Source: Eukaryota sp. TZLM1-RC | Lineage: Eukaryota; Protista; Metamonada: BaSk clade | NCBI GenBank assembly: GCA_040285825.1 | Contig: JAUPSS010000004.1 | Location: 1,426,001 to 1,490,000 of the forward strand | Reading direction: 5' to 3' | DNA length: 64,000 bases | Shown here: piece by piece, positions 21,419-33,117 of the stretch | How positions within the stretch are numbered: position 1 is the stretch's first letter | Layout of the letters: each line of letters begins with the position of its first letter | Position numbers and translations under genes: made by a program | Notes under the pieces: generated by a model | Told to the model about the DNA's origin: nothing | The model's input: the letters and a program-made list of their open reading frames with translations, nothing else | Databases searched by the model: none

Positions 21419-23887
21419 TGAATATCATTTGATTTAACAATCGCTCAGATAATTTTTAATTTTGAACTTTTACATTTTTATTCTTTGTCACTTGTTCAAT
21501 TAATTTATCTGCAAATGGAATTTTATTCCCAGCCATTTTCAGTCAATTTTTATTTATGTTTATTTTTCTCAATACTCGAATAGTTACATCATTCTTTGTT
21601 TTATATTTTTTAATTTGGAAAGGACTTTTAAATTTCAATAATAATTCAACAAATTCATCATCAGGTAAATCATATACATTGATTAATGTTCTATTGTTAA
21701 AACAACATTTATGCAATAATTCAAATTGTTTTTGATTTAATTTTTCGCAAATACTATAAAATCTATCAAGTGGTGCCTTTTGAAGTAAATCTCCCAATCA
21801 GATACATAATTGATTAAACATTTCAGTTTCATCTTACCCAAATTGGAACACTATTTTACATCATTGGTTGTTAAAATTAATGATGGTTGGGAAAAGGATA
21901 ATCATATTCCAACATAATATTAACAATTAATCTTTCAAAATCATGTAATTCTAAATGACACTTTTTCATAATATAGATGATGTCAATTGCTGGAAACTCA
22001 ACAGATTGATAAAAAATAGTATAACTAGCGAATGCACTAGCATCATGAAACTTATATATATTCTTCGGATAAGAGGTGATGAAAATTGATTAAAATTATT
22101 TTTGATTTTCGTCTTTGAATTACAGAATCAACAATTTGTTGACTAGTAGGATTTTCTATTTTTAAATGTTGTATGCAATTATTAATCCAATTACCGGTTT
22201 CTGAAAATAAACCTAGTACTTTTTCTGCTTTTTGCTAAAAAGATTCAAAGAAAAAGCAAAAACAATTTTATTTCCCTTTCAATATCGAATTAATACCACT
22301 GATGGAGTTTCTTCAGTTGTATTTATTAGTAGTTGCTACTGATGTATTATTTTGCCAAAATGAATCCAATGTTTGTATGTCATTTGATTTTATTAACGCA
22401 TTCAATTCACTCAGTAGTTGCAGTATTCGTGGTGCTTTGTTGCAATATATGCCGGAATTAATGCCGTATTTCCGTTCAACATATAGCACAAATTCTAACT
22501 TGCGTTTTTGTAATGCCATTTTGTGTTCATCAAGTGGTTTAAAGCAAGTAGATCCTTTAGGACTCCTTTTGTGTTGTTTCGCCATTCATCCTATTTTATC
22601 ACAAATTCATGAGATGTTTCCTTCGCTAATAATGATTGCTTATATGGATGATGTTGTTCTTCCATGATGATGTTGGTAGGTGGCTTAAAGATTTTTAAAG
22701 AAGCAATTGTATGTTTTACAGATCTATATAACAAAATAGGCCTTCGACTTTACTTAACTAGATGTGTTTTACTATTGAATTCTACAGTTTCTAAAATAGT
22801 TGATGGTATTGAAAAGCAAATTCAAGCCAAGTTATATTCATTTGATGTTATTCGTCACTTGCGTTCGTTTTTAGAAAATAATGTTGAAATCACCAAAGAT
22901 TTGTTTGAAAAGTTGAACTATATTAAATGTTTTTCCCAATCAATTCAAAAAATTCCCAACTGATCTCGTTTGAATTGACAGTTTTGTTGTAAAAACCTTC
23001 AACAAAAATTGTCCAAGATTTTTGAAAGCCTGGATTTTGATGTTAGACTTGGCTTGGCCAAGAAAAAGAATCCCGCTTTTGCAAATCTTTTACAAGATAT
23101 GTGTGACAGTACTTTTTCTGCCTTAGTAACAACAATTCCTCAAGTTTATGGCACTCTCTTAACTGATTCTGCTTGGATTTTGAATATGAGATTTCGTTCC
23201 TTTATCTGGCCTGATAATATACCTCATAATTTAATTGGTAAATGTTCTCGAAAAATTACAATTACTCATTTGTTAAATTGTAAACATTTAATTGCATTTA
23301 GATGCAATGTTCATTGATGCTGTAAGAGACCAGTTATATTGTATGTGTAAATCTCATAGAATTGAATCCTTTTGGGAACTTCTGTTGTCAGATCTGTTTG
23401 CTTCTGAAGATGATTTTCATAAGAATAATAGAGGGTGATGTAGCATTACCTGGATTAGATGGAAGCTTCATTTTATTGGATGAAATGTCTGTTCATCCTT
23501 GTAATTCCTCGAATGAAAGGCTTGTTAATTCGGAAATTCAAAATCCTCTTTCAAATGCTGAAAACTTCAAAATCAAAAAATACAATGAACCTTTGTCCAA
23601 ATTGGCCAGTCAACAGCATGCAAAGTACAGTTTGTATCCATTTGTATTTTCTCTTTTTGGTTCACTTGCTCCAACGGCTATACGTTTTTTGAAAGATTTT
23701 GAAAGGAGAAAAAACTAACAGAAATTTCAACAGATTGTTTTGGCAAAATAGATTTGTGTTTTCTAATTTTAAGGGGATGTTGAAGATGGTTTCTGATGCT
23801 TTGCTTTCTCTTGGATTTTACCATGACAGAGTTGCATTTAGTGTATTTGATTTGGGAGAGATAGATTATTTAGATGTTGATTTATAG
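21419..23887 (+). repeat. Left arm of a ~2.3-2.5-kb inverted segmental duplication (partner 37066-39303)
   Basis: The same orphan ORF (GDLLQKAPLD...CCFNNRTLINVYDLPDD) and the same internally deleted CRE copy occur in opposite orientation at 37066-39303. Confidence 0.9.
22200..23887 (+). mobile_element. Decayed CRE-like non-LTR retrotransposon (RT to RLE, internal deletion)
   Basis: FDFINAFNSL, GLKQVDPLG, AYMDDV, HLLNC...H, GDVALPG, KIKKY, PFVFSLFG. Confidence 0.85.
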
Positions 23888-24139
23888 GTTTTAATATAAT
23901 TAATAATACGAGAAAAAAAATGGTCAGAGCCCAAATCAAAAGATCATTGAATTATTCAATAATTTTGGAACCATTTTTAAGCCAGCAACCAATGAAACAA
24001 AAAACATATGGTGAATATTTCACGACAGTGATTTCCACTGCACTAACGGTTCACCTATGTTTGACATTTCTCAGCAGAAGACATTTGTCAATGTTGATCG
24101 AAAGACAAATTTTCCTGTGAAAAAGTAAAGCAAAACGTT

Positions 24140-24292
24140 GAAAAGATCATTAATCGAGATATCATCCAAATCTTCTACAATTTTCCACATTGGTTAACAA
24201 AGTCTGAATTGAAGCAAGGCCATGTGAATTGATAAACAGAACATTGATGAATCAAGAGGATCACCTTGCTTAATTCCTGAACATGAAAATAA
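24140..24292 (-). mobile_element. Short RT fragment of a CRE-like element
   Basis: LFSCSGIKQGDPL motif on the minus strand. Confidence 0.55.
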
Positions 24293-24506
24293 GGTACAGC
24301 AGTGATGAACTACGATGACGTGCCTTTGTACTGTTCATACTTTGTCAAACACGTAAATGCAGCATTGACTTCAACTGATTGAAATACAGGGAATATATTT
24401 CATCACCATGAATATGTGTGACGCATTGAGTAGAACCGTGTGCTTTTGAGTAGAAAAATTGGAAATACTGATTTTATTTCAACTGGTAACTTTCTTTTTC
24501 ATTCTT

Positions 24507-25054
24507 TGTTGTTGTTACTAATAAACTAACTTGGTAGACAGATAGGAAAATACATGATGACGTAGCACTTGTTCAACAACAAGTATTTCTATCAATAAAG
24601 CTCTCTTTTCTTCTTTTCATCTTTGGTATTTCTGCCTAACGGCATCAGTAATTATTGGCCCTCATTGCAGATGATATCTACACGCGTACTACATCCGTCC
24701 CTTGCTTCTATGGAAGTGGATGATGTTCTGTTGTTCCTACAACAGTGAAAGGTGTACTCTTATGTTACACGGAAGAATGACCTTGTTCCAGCAAGGCTCC
24801 TCGTTGATCTCTTCTTGTTAGAATCATTGGTTCTCACAAGACCTGGAGTTGATTCATCCGATGAGGTGTTTCTGGATCATTTAAGATCTTCCACCTCGTT
24901 TTCCTCGTTCGAGGAATTCAACTTGGTGATATCTGAGTTGAAGGTTGATGTCCGTAAGGGCGAAGTCCGTGAACGTATGTCCTGCTACCTGAGACGTTTT
25001 CTTCAGGCGAAAAGCAGGGCTTCCTATGCAAATAGTTCCATCGAAATTGAATAA
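24507..25054 (+). mobile_element. 5' end of an LTR retrotransposon (family 3): LTR 24507-24647 plus gag-like fragment
   Basis: LTR homologous to 15788-15931, followed by GTAATTATTGGCC like elements 1 and 2, then a helical ORF (24752-25054) in the expected gag position. Confidence 0.65.
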
Positions 25055-25149
25055 ATACCTACCTGAACAGCAGTGAGACAAGTTTGATTAGCAGTCACTA
25101 AAATTTTCATTAATTCAAACTAATCCAGCAAGACAAAGAACAAATAAAT

Positions 25150-25460
25150 AAATGAAACCAAAAATAAACATAGAAAATATGACAAAGATATCGAACAAGT
25201 TAATGCTGATAAAATAGACCACCTGTTTTTTGCTTTTCCATTTTCCATAAACGGAAGACTATCAGTTGAAGTAGTAACTTTGTTGATTGATTTCCAAAAA
25301 ATAGTTCAACAAAAGACAATGAAAAGATTTGATGTCTTTTTATGGCGCTCTCGGACTCATTTGATTAATAGATTTAGTCGGTTATTCAAACCAATTAGAA
25401 AAGCTTAAGCTAGAAAGCTGACAAATCAAAATTTTGAGAAAATCTTGATCAATGAATTTT
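25150..25460 (+). mobile_element. 3' RLE fragment of the second non-LTR family
   Basis: KHRKYDKDIE...AFPFSINGRLSVE...QKTMKRFDVFLWRSR, same family as the minus-strand part of the 1047-bp array. Confidence 0.75.
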
Positions 25461-25809
25461 GTCCGTTCAGCCATACCTTTTGTTAAGTGTGCAAGTTTAA
25501 TAGATATTTCAGTGGTGAAAAAAGTGACAAAAATCACGTGGAATAGGAGAAGTTGTTCTTGAAATGTGAACAATTTTGGTCGTGTAACAAGTTTTTAAGA
25601 CGAAAAATTGAATAAGTTTCTCCATTCCAAATGAAGAAGTTGATCAAGTTCAGAACCCAATTTCCACGAAAGATTTTGTATTTCATCAGTAATTTTGGAA
25701 ACATTTCGAAGCCAGCAACCACAGAAACGAAAAGCCATTAAGGTATAGTTTATGAAAGGAATGGAGGATTACCTAAAGAATACAGTTGATTCATTTCACT
25801 GAGAAATGA

Positions 25810-27506
25810 ATGGTCTTTCGAATAAAAATGTATGCTCATCCCAATGGAGGATGTCCTTGTAAATGTATACCTCATTCCACATACCCTGGTATGTATGCTG
25901 CTAGAGGAGAGCCCATACAACCAGCTCCAATCTTACCACATCAAATCCTTGAAGCAGAGAGAGAAACCTTTCTCGAAAACATCATAACATTCAACAATCA
26001 ACGAGGTGTTACCACTAAGTCCCATGAACTAGGTTTTGTTGAAGTTGACCTCTTCCAACTTTACCGCAATACTACTTTCCGTGGTGGAATGGAGGCTGTT
26101 GCTAAATCCAGAACATTCAAGCAAGTAGCTGAAGCTATAGGAATACCTAGAACTTCTGCAAATGCAGGCCATCTTCTCAAAAAGGTATCCCCAACACATT
26201 CCTGACCTAATTCAAGCGATATGAACATTATCTCTACGCATACGAAATAGTACACTATTGGGGAGGCTCTCTTGAGGAAGGATTTGCCCATGAACCCCCT
26301 CTCACTCCTGCTCCACCCCCTGTTCAGCCACAACCTGAGTTAGTCCTCCCCACCGTGCATTTTGATCTCCAATTAGAAGAGATTACCTCCAGACCGTTGT
26401 TCAGGTATGATTACACTCCCGTAGATGACATTGAACTTCAAATGTACGAAGATGAGGACTCAAGTTTGTACAAGATTATTTGTTGGCTTGACTGTCATGA
26501 TGATGTTTTGATTAGGAAGGGGGTAAATAACCTTTTACGATTAACATCTGATTCGGCAGTTTCCTTTTTTCCACCTAGATTTCCGATGATTTTGAGCACA
26601 GTGTTAAGGATTGCTAAAGTGGCAGTTAATAACTGGAAGCAATCAATCAAAGTCAATCATTTTGATCTTGATTTGTCTTATAAATGTTTGTTAATCCTTC
26701 GAAATTTGGCACAATCTGAGGAAAATGCTAAATATTTCGCTGAAAGGCCAGAATTTCCAGAATTGAGCTGCACTATTCTAGAAATGCACACGTCATCAGA
26801 TCAAATTGATCACGTCATATTCTTGACTTCTCTGGAATTCTTTGCTGCAATGTGTCCCTATTTGTCAATAACCCCTTTAAATTTTGAAAAAGATCAACCT
26901 GGAATAACTCAACTCGACCTGACCCCATTTTTGAAACCCTTGACCCAACTGCTGACGTCATCCAACGTCATGATCACGTTAGCAAGTGCCACGTGTCTTT
27001 TTGGTCTATTTTTGAACCCATTAAATGAAGATAAGTTATTTTTATCAGCAAAATTATTAGTACCAGCAGTCTCCAAATGCTTAACTTATTGTCACTCTAT
27101 TCTTTTTAATTTAAATAAGCCAATACCACCAAATTTTCCATTATTTACAAGGTTACATTTATCTTTATTATCAATAATTTATTACTTTTCTATTTTTGGA
27201 ATTTCTTCTAAAATTTCTGTTTGCACTGGTAATGTTGTCCAATGTTTGGTTGAAGTTTTAGATTCCCCCACAATTGTACCTCAAAGTACTAGGATTGCAA
27301 TGAATATAATAATACAGTTACTCCAAGTTGCTGAAAATAGGCTTGTTTTCAGACCATTTTACTCGATATTTATGAAATGTGCTTGTGGATTGAATTCTGA
27401 CCTTGATGACGTCATTGGTACAAGTGATTGTGACCCACAATTGGGAGCAGTTATAAATGAAGTAAGGTTGCTTTGTTGCAAAATTGTTTTTGGTGGCGAT
27501 TCATGA
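25810..27506 (+). CDS. ARID-domain plus ARM-repeat protein (ARID1/ARID2/SWI1-like chromatin remodelling subunit); 32-nt intron at 26185-26216
   Basis: VDLFQLYRNTTFRGGMEAV...FKQVAEAIGIP...LKK|RYEHYLYAYE after splicing; downstream LLILRNLA helical repeats; start codon uncertain. Confidence 0.85.
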
Positions 27507-28165
27507 TTTTTTTGTGCCTTTTTTTGCTGATTTTTTTTCCTAAAATGATCTTTAAAATGATTCTTGTCCACGTGTAAAGATCAATATTATTATTATTTTT
27601 CATCATTTTCGACTATTTTTTAGTTATGTTTTAATGTTTCCTTCTTGATTTTCAACACTTTTTCTTGTTTTTATTAAGTATTTGTGTTTATATTTAAAGT
27701 TCCGTTTTTTTGTTTCTTATTGATTGCTGAAGAAAGCCTTTTTTTGGGGGTACATTTCAACATGGTATTATTACAATTATTTTATCTTACACGGGATTCA
27801 ATTGTGCTTCTATTGAATACTGATTTTTGTAAAACTACAATACACAGCTTTGATCATTCTTCGTTAACAATAGTAGTTCAAAGTTTCCAAGAGTGTTGAG
27901 CAATGGATTACTCATTTCAAGAAGTGTGTATGGAGATGGGGTTAGAGTTCATTCCTACGTTGTAGAGAGCAGTGTCTAGATTGTGTTTTTGTTTTAACTT
28001 CAAAAAAGCAGTATTAGATCTGATTCTCAGTAATCATTAAAGATTCATAATTTAAATGATTATTTAACATTCATGATTATAACATTTATAATGTTACATA
28101 ATGACATTAAAACTGCATAGAATGTAACATAGTAGGATTTTGATTTGGGTTTCAATTTAGACTCA

Positions 28166-28291
28166 AATGGGAAATTCCCCATATGTACACGATGTATTTT
28201 CGTGCGGAACAATTACAAAACTAACTACTACTCAAATACTGAGGCCTTTCATTACCACTCTTTCTCGCTTCAGCAATTGCAAACATATTCA
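28166..28291 (-). mobile_element. Short Fanzor 3'-end module (putative omegaRNA scaffold without the nuclease ORF)
   Basis: Reverse complement aligns with 13590-13713 over ~125 nt, from NMFAIAEAR to the terminal hairpin. Confidence 0.85.
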
Positions 28292-28524
28292 ATTTTCAAT
28301 TATTCATATTCGATTTTTTGGAACCGTTTCCAAAAGACCGATTGAAGGAAGTGAGAGCATTATGGAGGGGAGGGAAGAGGAGATAAGGTTATCTTCTTTG
28401 AACGACATTGGGGATAGAATAATGAAATTTTCTTTTCCAGAAAATGGAAATCCCAAAGATTCATTCATTCTCCACACAAAGAATCAACAAGATCCCTTTG
28501 TTGAAGGGACCACAACATTAACAC

Positions 28525-29223
28525 ATGTCCAATCTTCCATATGATGATTTGTCGTCATATCATTTCTGCATACGGATTGCAGTCACCGGAACCACGCCGA
28601 AATGTGGTAAATCATCTATCCTTTCATCCTTTTGCTACAGTAAATCAATAGCTGACAATCCAGAGCTCTCTTCGCTATCGTCAAATGCAGTCTACCTGAG
28701 TTACCAACCTCATCAACTGGACATTCCTAATGCCACAACTAACCTACACCGTTTCGAATATTACGAACTTCCCAATCCTAACGCCAGCCCCAGCCCTAAC
28801 CCTAACTCCAAAATCCTTTCTCATTTGTTTTCATCACTTTCTGGAATAGTATTTGTAGTTGATTTAACTAACCATCATTGTTTGGAATCTCTTGCTGATT
28901 TAATAAAAACTTATGTACAACACCCTTACCAACGATATGTGGTGTTATGCAGTAAATCAGATTCAAAAGATAAAGCTGTGACAAAAGATGACGTCATCAT
29001 GGCGTGTGATGACGTGGCAAGTGGTAGCAGGGTTTTAGTGGAAGAAGTGTCTGTTTTTGAAAATTCAAATGTTTTTGATAGTTTGATTGCTTTACAATCT
29101 CAAATTTTGGATGATTTAAGGAGATCGGATTTAGGTAAAACTGATCTCTATTTCAGAGGTATTAAGATTGGTCCAGAACAGTGGAAAATTGAAGAAATTT
29201 TGGAAGGTGTGGTGGAACTGTAG
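28525..29223 (+). CDS. Divergent Ras/Rab-like small GTPase
   Basis: IRIAVTGTTPKCGKSS (G1), GIVFVVDLT, LCSKSD (G4-like), EVSV (G5-like); no canonical DxxG. Confidence 0.7.
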   Translation: MSNLPYDDLSSYHFCIRIAVTGTTPKCGKSSILSSFCYSKSIADNPELSSLSSNAVYLSYQPHQLDIPNATTNLHRFEYYELPNPNASPSPNPNSKILSHLFSSLSGIVFVVDLTNHHCLESLADLIKTYVQHPYQRYVVLCSKSDSKDKAVTKDDVIMACDDVASGSRVLVEEVSVFENSNVFDSLIALQSQILDDLRRSDLGKTDLYFRGIKIGPEQWKIEEILEGVVEL

Positions 29224-29849
29224 AATTTTTATTTGATATTAGCAATTTTATTTTATTTATTTAACTTGATTTGAAATTATTTTTTCTGTCTTTATCACAT
29301 TAATACCACATGTTTGGGTATTCGCTGAGATCAGCAGTTGTTCTGCTCCTGATTATTTTACACAATTTACCAAAGTCAGAATTAAACAGGATTTAAGTTG
29401 GTTGGTCATAAATTAATTGTTATTTAAAGTTGAAGCATTTAAAAAAACACAAATAGAAGAGCTATTCATTTTAAAAAAGCAAAATCTAAAGTTTCAAATA
29501 AAAACACCATATCAGTAATTTTTATTCAAATCAAGAGTTTACTGGTCCACCAGTCTGTCATGTCAGAGTTTACGACAACAGTTGATGGCTTATTCCCATA
29601 TTCTTTCAGCATCAATTTCACGTTTGGTTTTTGAAATTGACAACATAATGTTACCTGTACTTCAACCATTTGGTTCTATGGGTTTAATTACTCTTGTTTT
29701 AGTGGAGCTGGTGGGACTTAAATAGACTCACAACAAAGTGATGTTACAGGTTACGTGTCAATTCTTTTGCTTTGGTTTGTAAAGCGATTTAGATTGTAAA
29801 TCAATCGTTTTTTGGTTATATACTATTGACACTATGAACCAATAAAATG

Positions 29850-29888
29850 AACCCTAACCCCAACCAATATTGCCCTAACCCTAACCCT
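29850..29888 (+). repeat. Short degenerate CCCTAA (telomere-like) run
   Basis: AACCCTAACCCCAACC...GCCCTAACCCTAACCCT. Confidence 0.45.
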
Positions 29889-30671
29889 TCAACGAACTAA
29901 CCTAGCCCTTTATAATGACATTTTTTTTCAAATTGTTTTTTTTTTTTCAAATTTTTTCATTTGTCAAGCTGCTGAAGAAATTTGGACTGTATTTGCTGGA
30001 GATTAATTTAAGTTCATCAAGTTTTTCTGGTATCTGATCACTGTCGATGATCGAAAAAAAATCCAAAAAATGAGATCCATTCCTAATGTTGTATTTATAA
30101 TGAACAATTAGTTAGGTTTTTCGGAAAGTCTTGCAGAATATTTCAAATGATTATAAAGCAAAGTTAGTTTGAACAATGACTCTGCATTTGAGTTTAAAAG
30201 CAAAATTATTTATCACTCAATTTTTGGGTATTTCTAACCAGCAATGTAAAGTTCAAATTACAGTACAAAAGTACATTTGTTGAATATTTTTAGCTTTGAG
30301 ATTTATTACTAAATAATTGAGACTATCCGAATTAGACTTCCAAAAATCTTCCATAATGTCTTTCTCAGCACATTTTATTATTGTGTTTGACGAAGCAGAT
30401 GGAGTCGTCACATACTTTAATCTCATTTTAATTGGATTTCTGTAGTTTTTGGTGGGTTTTTACATTGCAAAGTTTTATATAAGCAATTTGCTTTACATTA
30501 ACTCTTGTTAAAACTATTTGGTTAGAGAGATTGTTCAACACCTTATACAATCGGAAACATTTCAACAAAAACAATTAAAAATAAATAAAAAAATATTAAA
30601 AAAATTATTCCATTTATTAAATAAACTGAATTCACTACAATTATACAACTTACTAAACTTAAACCAAATCC

Positions 30672-31649
30672 TCACCAAAATTCTTGAAATAGACTCTGTT
30701 GCTGAGCCAACAACTTGCCCAATTCTGAAGTCTCACTTTTTTCCGCCCTTTTCTCCACATTTTCAACTTTTTCCGCCACTTTATCCGCCATTGGAACCGT
30801 TTCTGGCTCTGTCAAAACCTCAGTTGTTTCCAATCTTGCAGCTCTATCTCTTGCTTGTTTTAAGCGTCGAAATTCCTCCTGAGAAGCCATTTTGGTTCTC
30901 TTGAGACCTAGAATTAGCACCAAATTTTAAAAATTTCGCAACACACGCTTTGAATAAGCCAAACCACAAGCATTACATAGAGTTTTAGGTCCATCCGGCC
31001 CTTTTCTCCATTCTGGAGTTTCAGTAGTTCCACAGCGATGGCAATAGTGACTCTCCATTGCCTTTTTTGGTCTTTTTAATGGTGGTTTTTCTGCAGAAAC
31101 GGGCCTTCTCTTCTTTCTTGGCGAGGTTTCAATAAGCTCGTCGTAATCAATATCGGCTCCATAAATCTCTTCATCCGGCAAGTACTCTTCTTCTTTCAAT
31201 GCCGTCCCCACCGATGTTGCTTCTGATAATTCTTTGGTGACTCTTCCTTTTCTGGTTCTTTTGTAGGGTTCCGTGTAGATTTCGGTAATGTCGGTTTGAG
31301 TGGTGGTAGTCTCCAATCCTTCAGGTGAAATCAAGGAGAGTTCGTCATTGAGATTGTACAAGTTTCCCAGAAACTTATGCACGTGACCAATCAAATGATG
31401 ACGTGAAGAGCTTCCATAGTTGCCAGACAACAACTGCTGAATTAATGAATTCAATACTTTGACATCTTCAATTATTTTGTTTGCACTTGTGGTGGTCTCA
31501 AAAATGGTGCGCTGGTCTGAAAGAACTGGGGCAGTGGCAATACGAGATTTCTTTTTGATCGGTGAGGTATCCGGGGTGGTGTAGGCATTGGCTAGGTGAG
31601 TGAGAGCTTCAAAGGAAGTGAATGCGGAATGCGGAGAGGAAGATGACAT
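30672..31649 (-). CDS. GATA zinc-finger transcription factor; 39-nt intron at 30946-30908
   Basis: [28 protein letters not shown]; splicing GTGTGT...GCTAATTCTAG removes an in-frame TAA and joins AYSKR to [14 protein letters not shown]...EFW*. Confidence 0.9.
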
Positions 31650-32186
31650 TGAGAATCGTGATCGATGATGTGATTTGATTGGTTAATTTGATTGAGGGAG
31701 GAAGTTAGTAGATTTCAATGAGATCTGGGCTTGATGTTTGGAAGATTTTTAGAGGCTAACCCAAAGTAGATATCAGAGTATAAGGTATCAGACGAAGATT
31801 TTATCCAAGTGAAAACGATAAGTTGCCAATAGAAGTTTGTAATGGATGAAGAACAGTCTAAACCACACAGTGGAAAAAACAAGCATGGGCAAGGAGATTT
31901 GATAGTCAAGGTACGGAGACCAAAGAGAAGACGCAGTAATGGAGCCAAGGAGTCAAAGAAGGTAGCAACACCATGAGGACGTTGGCTTGTTTGAGATCAA
32001 ATCTTCAAAATAAAACTGATGACCAAGAACTGATGATCTTCAGTCTTTTGTTTTTATTCTTTATTTTTTATTTTTTATTTTTACTTTTTATTTTTAGTTT
32101 TTATTTTTCACTGGTCAAGACGAGTATGTGTAATGACCATTTTCACAGATTAAGTTTTTTAAGCTATATTTATTTATTAGAAAACT

Positions 32187-32385
32187 TATAAATCAACATC
32201 TAAAAAAATCCATCTCTCCCAAAACAAAAACTCTAGATGCAACTCTCTCCTAGTGATTATTTTACATCAGAAACCATCTTCAACATCCCCTTAAAAATAG
32301 AAAACACAATTCTATTTTGCCAAAACAATCTGTTGAAATTTCTGTTAGTTCTTCTCTTTACAACCATTTCAAAATGTGTCAAAAA
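32187..32385 (-). mobile_element. 3' tip of a CRE-like element
   Basis: Near-identical to 37066-37270 (KRRTNRNFNRLFWQNRIVFSIFKGMLK). Confidence 0.75.
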
Positions 32386-33117
32386 TACGAAATTATTTTA
32401 TTTTTAAAATTATAATATTTCCAGAGGTGAAACCCGAGCAAAATTTAATCATTTGGTCATCCGTATCAGTCAGATAATGTCAGATAGATGTTTGGGACCT
32501 GTTAATCAATAAGGCTATCAGATTTGCTTGAAAACGTTGATGTACTATCAGATTCTCTCAAAACATTGATCAATGGAATACTGCAATTAATTATAGCTAG
32601 ATAAATAAATATTGTTGTGAACTTTGTCAACATTGAAAACTTAAATGTTTATTATCATTTTTCCAATTGTTGATGATAAGGGCATTGAAGTTTGATTTCT
32701 TCAGATTCCACAAAACTCGACATCAGTAAAATGTATTTGGTGTATTTGGTGTGGTTGATACTGTTCATAATTAAAGGAGGTGCATGATGATTGAGGACAA
32801 TAATGTATTTATTAAAAGATTTAGCAAAGAAAGTCAGTGACAATGAGACTAATTTTGGTTCTTTTATCAGATAGAAACCATGAAAGTTCAATCCCACCTA
32901 ATGATTAATTAATTAATGATTAATTCGGATGGGTAGTTGGATGGGTAGGTAATGGAATACTCTTTCAAAAACACATAATCTCTGTGATCTTGGTCAAACG
33001 AGGAATGATGGTTTCAACTCCAAAAAACCTTTAATAAATCCTGAATACATTATCAAAAAGTATCGTATTCAAGTTGTATAAGATTAAAAGCAAGGTTGTC
33101 ACTTTAAGGAACTCATA

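Noticed and set aside
28775-28810. Interstitial telomere repeat CCCTAACCCTAA
   Set aside because: It lies in frame within the GTPase ORF encoding PSPNPNS; only two units
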